64,000 nucleotides of DNA from Batkoa obscura. Taxonomy: Eukaryota. Shown here one piece after another: positions 35,675 to 48,475 of this stretch. The position numbers and the translations under genes are program-made. The stretch's first letter is position 1, and every line of letters starts with the position of its first letter. Location of the stretch: contig JASVEC010000015.1 of the NCBI GenBank assembly GCA_030770535.1, positions 868,001-932,000 of the forward strand, given 5' to 3'. The notes under the pieces are model-generated. The model saw only the letters and a program-made list of their open reading frames with translations. It made no database searches and was not told the DNA's origin.

Positions 35675-38560
35675 ATGGACTTTGATGATATAGAAAAGAA
35701 TCTATCAACCCCAATTTCAAGTTTAGTACGAGAGCTCGGACATGCAAAGAGGAGCGAACTAATGAAAAATGGCTCCCAAGTTGGTGGAGTAACTTGTGAA
35801 AAGCCCAAAAGCACAGCGGTCAGAGCAGATGGTTGGACAGAAAAAGAGGATTTCAATATATTTAGGTCGGTTAGAAAGTATAAAGAAGACTGGGATAAAA
35901 TAGCATCAGTAGTAAAAACTCGTACTGCTGAAGAATGTAAGACAAGGTGGAATAATCTTGAATCAAGGAGGTTGTCGAAGCTTAATGCTAAAAAAGCTAA
36001 GGAGGCTGCTACTAAAAAAAACGAAGGCAATATAGTAAAGAAAAAAAAGGAAGGGGATGCAGTAAATAAAACAAATTCAGGGACTTTTGGATCAGTAAAC
36101 AATCTTTTTAATAATACTAATTTTGATCTATTTATTAAAGACGGGGATTTTGCCAATTCAAACAATAATATTAATCCATTATTAATTCATGATATAAACA
36201 TGAAGTTAGATAGTAGTATAATGATGGATAGCAGTGTTTTGGGATTTAATACAGGAAATGTACAAAGCATTCAAGCCTCAAGTACACAAACCGATCCAAA
36301 TTTTGATTATAATTCTTTATTAATTAATAATGAGCCTGCTGAAAATAAAAACGTCACTGACTCTATTAATATGACTAAAAGCTTATCTGGCACAACTGCC
36401 CCTTTAAATAACATACAAACTCCTTTGTTTCAAGATCAATCTTTTAATGATATTATGAATTTAAACCCTCTGTTAAATGGGGGATATGGTGATAACCAAG
36501 GCTTATCAAGCTTGTTAAATGTTCAAAATTTGGGAGGAAATCATAACTCGCTCAATAATTTAACAGACCCTCTTTACTCACAACTCCAAAGACTGCCCAG
36601 TCTTAACGATGTTCCAAATAGTAATCCACAAAACGGTAACCCACTTGATATTTCAAGTTTAGTTGGACAAAATTTACCTAATCCATATGGAATTAATAGC
36701 TTAGCTTCGCTAGGATTGAATAATTATGGAGTAAATTCAGTTAACAATATGTTCGCAGACCTATTACAGCACCCACATGGACTTCAACTTTGGCATACTT
36801 ACTTAATACTTTCACAAAGGAAACCAGACTCCAAAGAAAAGGCAATTACTATACTTCAAAAACTAATCGACGATTTAAAAGATCCTCAAAAAGAATATTT
36901 AGATGAGACTGATAATGATTTGAATATTCATGTTTATTCAAATGGAAAATTCAAAAAAAATAAAGATAAAAAAATAAGAAAGGGTAATAATCAAAAAGAT
37001 AATGAATATGAAGATAACGACCAAGAGGATGGTTACCAAGACGATAACAAAAAGCTGGCTATAAGGAAGGATGAAGAAGAAGCTATGTTGTATCATCAGC
37101 TCTCAACTTATGATTTCCCTGACGAGATGGAAGAAGATAATGATTTCTCTTCCAATGAAAGGGACGATGACTCTGAAACAAATGATAGTCCAGAAATGCG
37201 AGGTAAAAAGATTTTTATTTTCGTTTTTTAACTAAATATTTTTAGCTGAGGAATTAGAGAATTTATTAGAAGAAGAAAGTAATATTCAAATAAATCAGGA
37301 GATTCAAAACTCAACCTGGATGCATGCAAAAGAAGAGTAATATTATTTAGTATATTTAAGTTACAACTAAATATTGTTTAGAAATGGATTACTTTTTGGC
37401 GCAAATTGCTTAAACTTATTAAGGAAACAAATGCAAAAAGTAAGTAGTTAGTTTTTAAATAGACAATGTTTGACCGTTTAGAATATGCAAATCGTTGTTC
37501 AGGCCTATACTATAGAAAGTACATTTAGAGGCGCGGATTCAGAAAACGCACGGTATTGGAAAGATCAAATAGTAATGAATATACATTTTAATAAAGACTT
37601 ATTAACCTTGAAATCAGCTGCATATAAAAAGACTAAACGATTATGGACAATCCAAAACACGTACAAAACTAAATACTCCTATTGATGAGTCGGATCAAGG
37701 AAGAGATTATTTTTCGTTTTTTACAATCCCTGGTGCACAGTACTTAGAAAGTATAATATCAATGATAAACTCTTACATGTTGCCTCCAGAGGGAAATACT
37801 CAAAACAAACCGGGAAATGGTAGTAAATGTGTAGACGAAATTGAGTATCCAAAGGCCACATATTGCGTTGCTGGCTCTGCTAAACAAAAGGTAGAGAAAT
37901 TTACAATCATTGGGCAAATTTGTCATAAGATTTTGAATCCGATATTTTTCAAAGAGCTTTTGCCATATTTCGATCCAGGTAACAATGAATTAATTGGTTG
38001 TTTAATTATTCTAATTTTAAAAAGTACAAAAGAGAACTCGACACATTTTTACTCCAGTGGAAGACAGGTAATTTTTAGTTTACACCGTTTCAATTCAAAT
38101 TTTATCGTTAGGCTCCTTACTATTGGTCTTCATAAATTTGGAGATGATTTCCCAAGTATTCGATCACAAATCTTAACCCCAAGGACATCGAAACAATTGG
38201 AGAATAGATTTAATAATTTAAAGTGTCGTCGTACAGCTTTTAACCCGGTTCAGGTATACTTAAATATATCACTCTATACTAGCTAAAAAATTATAGGATT
38301 ATTATTTAAGGCAAATTAAACCTTTGACAGTTGAGGAGGAGGAGCTTCTAAATGCTGTAAGTAAATTGAGATAATTACAACTACATAATAACCATTTAAT
38401 ATAGGGTGTCAAGCATTATGGTAAAAAATTTAAATTAATTTCACAAAGAATCATACCTCAGCGTCCTCCCTTTTTATTAAGAAAAGCTTGGAAAGACATG
38501 GAACAACGCAAGAATACCCCATATAGACCAGAGTATATTGAAAAGTTGCAAAATGTTTAA
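35675..38560 (+). CDS. Multi-Myb/SANT-domain protein, GON4L-like, multi-exon
   Basis: N-terminal SANT (WTEKED...WDKIASVVKTRTAEECKTRW). C-terminal FTPVEDRLLTIGLHKFG...RTSKQLENRFNNL and LTVEEEELLNAGVKHYG repeats. MQIVVQ segment resembles GON4L. Confidence 0.75.
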
Positions 38561-38999
38561 AATTGTACTTATCATGTGGTGTATCGCTCTATAGGTGTCA
38601 AAATCAAGCATTGTGTAATTTTAAATGGGAATTTTCCAGATATGTCTTATTGTCTATTTAATATTTTGTTTACTTTCATTAAAATATGTATTATCTAACT
38701 ATCGTTATATCATGATATATTTTAATAAATTAAAATATCTATAGCTCAAATACTTGATGACATCTAATGAGTAAATCACTTTGCTTTGTTCTAATGAAAT
38801 TTAAACCGTGGTTTTACTTGGTGTTGGATAAAAGAAAAAGAAAAATAATTTTATACCTATGCTACATGTAAAAAAAAGTCTTATAAAGCCATACCTATTT
38901 CAGCCGTAGGCTATTATAGTTAAAAAAAGTTCTAAATCAAAAATTAATATGATAAATTAAAATATCTAAATTCAATTTAATAAAAATCTCAATTCCAGT

Positions 39000-39341
39000 T
39001 TAATTAGGTAACTTTGGTTTTTGCGTTTCTTCATACAACTCATATAGCGTATCAATCTGTTCTGGAGAAAACCTTTCCAAATCTTGGGTCTTTGGTTTGA
39101 TCCCTGAACTACCCACTGTCTTCTTTGGTACGTTTTTAAATTCTTCTTCGAGCTGATCTAAGTATATATTCCACTCCTTGGTAAAAGCATTTAAAAACGG
39201 CGATTCTAAAGTCAAGTTTTTATGCTTGTGAAATTCTTCTTTTACATAACTGTCACCTATTATCCTCTGATGCGGTGATAGGTTTCTATGTAAGCGTAAG
39301 ATTTTGCGATATAGTTGCCTGCCTTGAAGCAGATTATTCAT
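39000..39341 (-). CDS. SDH7: Succinate dehydrogenase assembly factor 3 (Sdh7/Acn9, LYR family)
   Basis: LYRKILRLHR...GDSYVKEEFHKHK...W..Y and EQIDTLYELYEE motifs. Confidence 0.9.
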   Translation of the reverse strand: MNNLLQGRQLYRKILRLHRNLSPHQRIIGDSYVKEEFHKHKNLTLESPFLNAFTKEWNIYLDQLEEEFKNVPKKTVGSSGIKPKTQDLERFSPEQIDTLYELYEETQKPKLPN

Positions 39342-39900
39342 CTTAATTTGTGGTTGAAGTGTGGTGTCTTGTAGAAAGTTAAAATTGAAAAATAGTCAAC
39401 CTAGCAATTCATTAAATAGTAGATTTTCAAGAATTGATTGGCTATTTTTATAAAGATTTAGATAGTGTTTATTTTTACAATATAAGCTGTAAATGAAAAC
39501 AATAGTAATATAATATTCTAAAAACTGTTGAGTATTATCTAATAGTTACCCTTTGTATTTATCGACTTTCTATAAAGGAGTTTCTAGAAGCCATTCACTT
39601 ATTCAAACCATTCTATAAAATATTGAATTAATCATGAATTAATTCCTTTTATCTTAGATTTATAACACTTTTGTCTTCTGATAAAGGAAATAATATGTAT
39701 ATTAACTACTAAAAAAGTATTAAAGTAAAGATAAATAATCAAATGAAATGCAATAATAACACTAAAAATCTACAAAGAGCAATAGAAAAGCGATAGTAGC
39801 ATCAATTATTTTGTTAAATTACTTAAAACAATATTTAAAGTTCACAAGAATAAATTTAAAAATTATATTACTTATAGTTAGTTAAAATTAATATTAGAGT

Positions 39901-40868
39901 CTAAATCTTTTTTGAACGAGGCTTGCTTGGCACGGAGGCTTTCTCTTTAGCTTCCTCTTCCGCTTTTTCAGTAGTGCCTTTGTTTTCTTTAACAGCTTTA
40001 GGTTTTGAGTAAGCTTTATAAAAGAATTCAATGAATAGTAAGAGGTAGGAAGAGAGCAAACCTGCTCCAAAGATAGCGTTTGGTAACTTACCGTTACAGT
40101 CCCCAAAGGTAGGAAATTGAGGGTAATAATGGAAAGTGAAATAAGTGTATAAACAGAAATATACTACGGACAAATCAATAATGAATTGAGTAATCTGTAA
40201 TACAGTAATGTATTTCTTCCACCACACTTTGATTTTAAAGGTGGAAAGTAAATAGTAATAGTACATGAAAATATGAACAAAAAGATTTAAAATTACAGGT
40301 ACCCAGGATACTGAGCTTTGGCCAGATAATTGAGAAAAGCATAGTAAAGCGGTCATTGAATGATGGTACCAATGTAAAAATTCTAAAACAATTAAAAATG
40401 ATATAAAAACTACTCCAAAATAAACTTACCGAGTTTCTTTTTACGTAAAACAAGGAAAACGGTGTCAATTAACTCATAAAATTTTGTAAGGTAGTTGATA
40501 TAATATAAAAGCTCTAAACGTTGAGTCCAAATTTCTTTTGAGCATATGGAAGCAAAGGGACCTTCATTATAGAAAAAAGGGATCACATTTTCAGCAAATA
40601 AAAGGAATAATGCTAACGAAGCTATGGTGAGGAAAGCGTTATGAAGTTGGAAAAGGAAAGATAATTGAATTGGTTTTTGATTTTTCATAAAAGCTTGACC
40701 ACCAAAGATAACAACAAGGTAAGTTAAACATACCATAAAAACTTCACGATAGGTGGAAAGTGGGGTTACCCCTTCAACGAACCTAAACTCGGAAGCTGGG
40801 TTACCTATTACTTTTTCATAAGCGATTTCAAAGTAATGCTGGAAGGATAAGGAGGTTAGGGCCGACAT
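39901..40868 (-). CDS. Fatty acid elongase (ELO/GNS1/SUR4 family), 2 exons
   Basis: KFYELIDTVFLVL, spliced FLHWYHH, NLFVHIFMYYYY, TVLQITQF; C-terminal lysine-rich ER-retention-like tail. Confidence 0.95.
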
Positions 40869-41289
40869 TAAATTTTAATTGAAAAAAGAGAAGGTAAACA
40901 AAAGTTTTTGAAAATTAAAATATTTATAGCTAACCTTATTTGAAAATAACTTAATATGGTTAAAACTGTGAGCTGGGCTTCTGATTGGACTGTCGGTTCT
41001 GTTATCTAAGTAGAAATTTTATATGAGTACTAAATTTTGCGGCAGAATCAGATTGGATTCTGTTACTGTTATCTAAGTAGAACTTTTAATGTGTGTCATA
41101 ATCGATAAATAATATAAATACAGTTGACCTAAAATTAGACAAAAAGAGAGATCAAGTGCACAGTCCATCCAAAGATAAATAAATGATAACCAAAAAGGTG
41201 GCATGGATGCCCAAAAAAAACAGCTGTAATTGTCTAGATTCCCTATCAAAGAGATTAAACTAAAGTTAAATATTTTAAATAATTCAAAA

Positions 41290-44200
41290 TTACATTGTCA
41301 ACGCCCAGATAGCTAATGAAGTCAATGGTACCAAAGCAAAGATATGAATAGACTTGGGATAACAAGGAAAAAGCAAGGTGGCAAATTTTAAGCCCAAAAT
41401 CAATAACAAGACCGGATCTAGCTTTTTGCTAGTTTTTAATTCCTATAAAATTAAGTTATACTATAATCAAAATAAAATAAAATAAAATAATACTTTAGAA
41501 GCTTTGCCTTCCATAAGATCTCTATCAAGCAAAGGGAGTTAGTTCTGCAATCCTTTTAGAACTTGATGGATTTAATGGTGATGGGGTTTTAGGTTTGTAT
41601 TTATCATCACTCTTAATAATAGTCTCTTCAATGCCTATTGAAGTTGAAATATTGACTGTAGTTTCGCTTGCTTTAACATACATCCCTGGAATAAGCTTTT
41701 CAAAATTAACTTCATTGGCTTGCTTCAAAATATCTTGAGCATCAGGTCGCTTGTTTGGTTGAGAAGATAATAATAATACAATTAGTTGTTTAAACGAAGT
41801 TGGGATTCTAGGACATTTGTTTATATCATCTGGAAAACTTTCGATCTCCTTAAATGCTAATATCTCATCTTTCAAGATATCAATGTCATCTATTTGTCTA
41901 TATGGTAGCTGCGAATAACAAAGGTAATACAGCACCATCCCAAGTGACCACATGTCTGCTTTGCTTGAATGATCTCCGATATAAGTACCAGTATTATCGA
42001 CTATTATAATTTAATAATAAATAAGCCCAAAATCAATAACAAGACCGGATCTAGCTTTTTGCTAGTTTTTAATTCCTATAAAATTAAGTTATACTATAAT
42101 CAAAATAAAATAAAATAAAATAATACTTTAGAAGCTTTGCCTTCCATAAGATCTCTATCAAGCAAAGGGATAGTTTCTGCAATCCTTTTAGAACTTGATG
42201 GATTTAATGGTGATGAGGTTTTAGGTTTGTATTTATCATCACTCTTAATAATAGTCTCTTCAATGCCTATTGAAGTTGAAATATTGACTGTAGTTTCGCT
42301 TGCTTTAACATACATCCCTGGAATAAGCTTTTCAAAATTAACTTCATTGGCTTGCTTCAAAATATCTTGAGCATCAGGTCGCTTGTTTGGTTGAGAAGAT
42401 AATAATAATACAATAATTGTTTAAACGAAGTTGGGATTCTAGGACATTTATTTATATCATCTGGAAAACTTTCGATCTCCTTAAATGCTAATATCTCATC
42501 TTTCAAGATATCAATGTCATCTATTTGTCTATATGGTAGCTGCGAATAACAAAGGTAATACAGCACCATCCCAAGTGACCACATGTCTGCTTTGCTTGAA
42601 TGATCTCCGATATAAGTACCAGTATTATCGACTATTATAATTTAATAATAAATATACAACAATTAAATAAACTTACTTTTGATTAACTCAGGAGCCATAA
42701 ACTCCAAAGTTCCTGTAGCTCCAGTACGATTCACACCGTTGAGATTATCAAGGTTGACACATTCTCCAAAATCCGAGATTAAAACCTTGGGACTAAAAAT
42801 AAGGCAATTAAGTACGTAGTCACTGTTTTATATTTTAAATTACATTTCATTGCTATTTTTTGTGCCTTCTTTCAAAGATAATAATAAATTAGGAGGCTTA
42901 ATATCTCTATGTATAATGTTGTATCGATGAAGATGGGCAAGTCCATTACAGATATCCAAGAATAGGGACCATATCTCTTTTAATGTTAATAAATTTTGGT
43001 CTTTGATCTCGCTTTTATCCTTGCTTTTTAAGAGATCTTTTTGTCTCCTCATATAAAGTACCCTTTCTTTAGCGCTTAATAAATTCAAATCTATGTTATC
43101 GTCCTTGTTGAGTGATTTTGCTTTCCTTCTTTCAACATATTCTTCAAGGTTTCCTCCATTCGCACACTCCATTAGTATAAACAAACATGGTACTTCTGGT
43201 GCTATGTACAATGTTTTAGTATTTGTTATATAAATTTATATATCCATTACAAAAAGCACTAAGCTTATGGTTTTCTATCCAGGCATGTTTATAGTCAATG
43301 ATATTTTGATGATGTAGCCTTTCTAGCATATGGACTTCTCTTAACATTCTTGCAAGCCAAGAGTGGTTATGACCTAATGAATTAACTATTTTGATGGTCA
43401 ATGATTATAACAAATTACCTATAGAGACTTTCTTGATCGCATAGGAACCTAGCTTGATATTGTCTAAAAAATGCTAAAAGGTATCAAAAGTAGAGCTAGT
43501 ATATAAAAGAAAAAGTTACTTGACATAAATATACATTGCCGCTAGCTCCATGTCCAAGCTTTTTTATCTCTCTAAAAAAGCGATGATAATAACCCTGATT
43601 AAATGCTGAATCATTTAATATTGGTTCGCTTTTAACTGGATGATCATTATGATCTTCCATAAGTAAATGGGACAGTCTCTTTTGTTCATGAGAAATAGCC
43701 AAGCATTTGAAGTAGTTTTTATCCATAAAATCAATGTCCTTGCTATCTTTATCACTACCCGAATAGCTCATGTTATAACTATTACTACTCTCTTGCTTAG
43801 GTTCCTTTTCTTCTTCTTGAGGATAGTAATTCTAAACAGGATGAATAAATCTTTGTTAATGGATACTATTTAATTTACTGGAAGGTATTGATGACATAGT
43901 TTACATTTCTTTTCATCATGAGGATTTGAAAACTTAAATTATTAATTTTCAATTAATGTTATAAAATATCAAATTTACTTCGTCTATCTGATTAGTCTTA
44001 GTAATAGCAAGCTCATGGCTTTCTTGGTTGTACAAAACCATCTGATTTGAGTAGTGGTTTCTTCTAATTTACATTTAGTAAACTAAATTATTGATTTTAA
44101 GTTAAATTACAAGATCACTTTCCAATCATGATAATAGGGAATCAGCTGCTTGTTTTGAATAAACTCATTTTTGATCAATCTTACTTGACCTTCTGGAGCT

Positions 44201-44464
44201 AAAGTATTACTTTCTAAAGGTTTATAGTGAATCAATTTTAAACTCTTTTGTACCACTCTTCCTCTGGCACTAATAATTGTTTCTTCTTTTTCTACCAAAC
44301 TTTCAATCTCTTTCCTTTTACAATTTCCCCTCTCGCTTCCAATAAGACTTTGACTACTAAATTAAAGTTAGTCTACATCCACATTATTACTCTTCTAAAT
44401 TATACTTGAATTCCCCATCAATGCCATTGTCATTAACCTTTCTATTTAAGTCTTTATTATTCAT
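41290..44464 (-). CDS. IKS1: Iks1-like Ser/Thr protein kinase, multi-exon, disrupted by an internal tandem duplication
   Basis: LGHGASGNVYLCQHFLDNIKLGSYAIKKV, HSWLARMLREV, HRDIKPPNLL, ISDFGE, TGATGTLEFMAPE, ADMWSLG; hydrophobic C-terminal tail. Confidence 0.85.
41389..42654. repeat. ~633-bp near-identical direct tandem duplication
   Basis: Unit starts TAAGCCCAAAATCAATAAC at 41389 and 42022; copies differ by a few substitutions and two indel clusters. Confidence 0.95.
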
Positions 44465-44557
44465 AAAAAATATCGTTGTGACGTACTTTTGAAGTTTCTT
44501 TTGAACCTCATTTGAACATTTTCATTGGTTTTTGCAATTTCTCTTCTTTTAAAATTA

Positions 44558-45019
44558 ATGGCCGCTGATTTGATTACAAAGCAAATTTTAGAAAAAGCTC
44601 TAGCAGATAAACTTAGTCCAAGCTATGTGGTAACATTATTAACAAATCTATGTCACTTTTAATTAATAATTTAAAAGGAAGTTATTGATACTTCAGGTAA
44701 CGGTTTAAATTTGAGAAAGAGATTGAAGCTAATTGTATAGGGGGTTGTGGACAAAGTTTTGAAGTCATAGTAGTATCGGAGCAGTTCGAAGGGTTACCAC
44801 TTCTTAAAAGACATCGGTATATTTATTATTATTTATATAAGCTAAATGATTGAACAACATAAAGCTTAGTTAATGAATGTGTAAAAGAAGAGATTGCACA
44901 ATTACATGCGTTTTCACAGGTAGTTTAATTTTCTATACACTATATAATGATTAATTTTTTAGAAACCATATACCCCTGCACAATGGAAAAAGATTCAAGA
45001 TAAAAAAGGAATACAATAA
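44558..45019 (+). CDS. BOL2: BolA2/Fra2-type protein, 5 micro-exons (absent from the ORF track)
   Basis: Spliced product MAADLITKQILEKALADKLSPSYVEVIDTSGGCGQSFEVIVVSEQFEGLPLLKRHRLVNECVKEEIAQLHAFSQKPYTPAQWKKIQDKKGIQ* carries the GGCG and HAF motifs. Confidence 0.92.
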
Positions 45020-45734
45020 GTTTGATAGTGTGGATATTTAAAAAAATTATTTCTTCTCTTAATTGACTTTGATTATGAAAATAACGTAACTTTTACTTTC
45101 AATTGTAGGTAATAATATCTAAATTATAAAAATTGGCACCTAAATTTAAATCAGGTTTTGGATCTTTATCTCTTAACCAATACTTATAATATAATCTATT
45201 TGATTTACTCAAAAGCAACTTTCTTTTTATTGATGTTTTGGCTTTTGAATTATCTAAAGTAATTTGTAAATATTGCAAGTTTTAGCTTTAATTTATATAA
45301 TATTAGTTCCCAATAAGGATGTTTTTTTATTAGTTTTATTTGATTATTGTACTTAATATTGCTAGTTTTTTTATTTTAGTTTGAATGTTCTAGTATGATA
45401 TTTAAAAAAAATAAAAGCTTATTCACTAATGATATAAAAGATTTAACTAAATTTTAATAATTAACAATTTCTTTATTTATACGTGATATATAATATGTAA
45501 TCTTAACTATGATAATATTAATATATATGGTGTTGTTTTTAATCATATATATTAAACTCGGTATTGTATTTGATATTTACATTTTTTGAAATTAAAGCAG
45601 TTATAGTTAATAAAATTCAAAAACATTTTTATTAGATAAATAATTTATTACAAACTAAATAGTTGAAAATTAAATACAATTTAAAAAGGGGAATAAATAT
45701 ACCTATCTCAGTTAGAATGGGTAAAAACGCTAAC

Positions 45735-47289
45735 TCATTTTGAAAACCTTTCTTTTTCAATTTGATTAAGAAAGTTTTCATAATCATTAAAAATGCAGGT
45801 GCGGTAATTTTCTATGAGCTCTGGGTCATACTTTGCAATTGGAGGCTCAGCGCTATTTATAACAAACTTGCTTACTTTTTCCCATAAACTTCTTAATGGT
45901 GGAGTAATACATGGTATTAAATCGATATGAGAGCAATTTTGTACAGTGGTTGAATACCAAACACCAGGCTTAATGTTATTTAAAGCATCATTATGATCTG
46001 TTGGTTCGTCATCTAGTTTAAAGTCATAGTGCTTGCATGTTGTGGGGGAGCATTTACCAGGATGAAATTGGGATATCAATGGTACAAGTCCATCATTTGC
46101 TCGCCATAAGGCTTGCTCTTTCTCAAATTTAGCTAATGCTCCATTACCTATTGTCTTAAAATCAAAATTGCCAATCTTACGACTTAATGCAACCAAAGGT
46201 AAACACCAATGTTCAATCGGTATTTCACATTTAGTTTCTAAGTCCGTGTTTGTTAATTTTGCACAATAAGAACGATAATAGGTAGTATCAAACGTTTTTA
46301 ACGGAGCTAAATCACATCTTTCTAATGAAATATCATAGGCTGCAGTATCAACTCCCTTTTCAAAACAATTTAATGTCAATAGATTTTTTGCCAGGTTAAA
46401 AAATGATCGATCTTCATTTAATTTAAAATGCGACATACGGAAATCTACCCCAATCATGGATTTTAGCCCCGGAAGTTCTAGCCATTCCCAAAGGTGGCAT
46501 ATACCATATAGCAAACGTCCGACTGATATCAAGTCCACTGATCCTGGATTCCCTATTTGATGTCCTAATAGTAGTGTACCAGTTGAACCTTTTAGTGGAG
46601 AAGATATAGTTGAAACAGAGCATATCCAACTTGAATCTGTATCATACCTTTCTCCTGTCATATGATTATAGAATATTTTCTCATTTAATAGTTTTTGAAG
46701 TAACAAAATGACATTACCACCCTATAAACATTATTAATTTTATATGGAAAAAATCAATGTATTTACTTACGAAGGAATGCCCAATAAAATTCAATGGATA
46801 CCTTTTAGACCATCTTTTATACTGCCCAACATGCTTTTTACCAAATCGATGATGATAGTGATTTTTAGAGTGTATTTCTCCGTAATCTTCTAGCCCGCCT
46901 TTTAATTGGTAAAATATAGAAACCGCAGTATCATATGCTGAAGATACTCCACCGGAATTCGGCCTTACTATTAGTGGACATGATTGTTGTTTTTTGAATG
47001 AGCTTTCACGGAAATGTGCTATTAGATCATGCCATATGTTCATATTGGGCGAACAAAGAAAGCCATCAACTAAACATATAGGTATTGGCATTTTTGAATC
47101 TCTATCTGTCTCTTGTATACATTCATTGGTGTAATCTATGGTAGTGCTGCCAGAAAAATCGGATTTTACATCTAATTCGCAACTAGTCTCACTTTTATCA
47201 TCTGAATTATGATCATCATTATCTTTGTACCTATTGTTGTGTGTTGTTTCTCTATCAAAAAGAGGGAAAAAAGTATTCAAATTAAACAT
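45735..47289 (-). CDS. Alpha/beta-hydrolase lipase resembling bacterial family I.5/I.6 lipases, 2 exons
   Basis: GHSF|GG nucleophile motif split by an intron, WRANDGLVPLISQ (Asp), SHIDL (His), DYGEIHSKNHYHHRFG. Confidence 0.85.
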
Positions 47290-48049
47290 TAAAAATTAAT
47301 AATAGTAAGTAATGCAAAATAAATAAAAATATAAAATCAAAAAGTAATATATATTGATATAACTTGTATTTATAACATGTTTTAAGGATCACTTTAATAT
47401 GCTGAAATAGCATGGCTTTAGTTTAAGCTTTAAACGGTCAGCTAAACCTAATTTAGTAATTTTTGTTAAATTGAATCATGATCGTCTTTTTTATCACGAT
47501 AATGCTCATCGATTTTATCAAATTTAATTAGCTTAATTTCGATCTCAAACTTTTATTAGCAGAATTATTTGAAATATTCGTTATCATCTCTATTTGAGTA
47601 TTCCTTTTATCTTTCGGAGTTAATTAAATTTGCGAGAGTATTGCTAGATTTCTTTGTCTTAATTTTGTATTAAATTCAGTTTGACATCATTTTGTTATTC
47701 AAATTTAATTTATAAAGTAAATGTACACAATCGTATTAGTAAAAATTATATAAGTTTATCTTCAGCTTATCTATCTGATTATATTATTAATGTCGATTTA
47801 AGTCATTATAATTTAAAACTCAATGGCTTTTAATTTTGATCCTGAAACTTTTCCATGAACTAAATCGGTTTTAATCATTTCATCAACTAGTAATATTACT
47901 TTAAAGATTTAAAATTAACAAGCTAACAATAAATAAGGTTTTTCTCAAATCTCAATCTCCACGCCTTTGTTGACCTTCTTCTCAATGCTAAGTCGTTTTA
48001 AATATATACAATCCATTTAAACTACGCAGTCAAAAAGAAAAAAAAATTA

Positions 48050-48121
48050 AGGGCGCACCCGGATTTGAACCAGGGACCTATCGATCTGCAGTCGATTGCT
48101 CTACCACTGAGCTATACGCCC
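48050..48121 (-). tRNA. tRNA-Cys (anticodon GCA), identical second copy
   Basis: Exact reverse complement of 34409-34480. Confidence 0.97.
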
Positions 48122-48475
48122 TATACATTCGATCTCACACAAAGATATATATAATTTTAGAAATACTAAACAAAGTAGTTCCTACAGGGTTTTAGGCATG
48201 ATATTTATTGTATACAATACGGTATCTTTACTAAATTAAAACCAATCTTCATCTTTAGGTTGTTCAGAATATTTGAAGTTTCTTTTATTGCCTTCTATAG
48301 CTAGTTTTTTAGACACTTGCTTTTGTAAAGCTTATTACTTTACATCATAAAAAATTAAAGCTACTCATTAAAAATAGCCAATATATAAAAATAACTATAA
48401 ATTATCAAAGCAAGTAAAGGATAATACAATCTAATAAAAATTTATTGAACCAAATATCAACTTCTTAACCTTATC

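Noticed and set aside
35635..36165. Antisense or overlapping ORFs (also 2479-2748, 9410-9631, 13894-14196, 14404-14652, 42137-42370, 50521-50721, 60654-60986)
   Set aside because: They overlap well-supported genes and have no motifs of their own.
34409..48121. Two identical inverted tRNA-Cys genes as ends of a mobile or invertible unit
   Set aside because: Identity stops at the tRNA boundaries; multicopy tRNA genes are ordinary.
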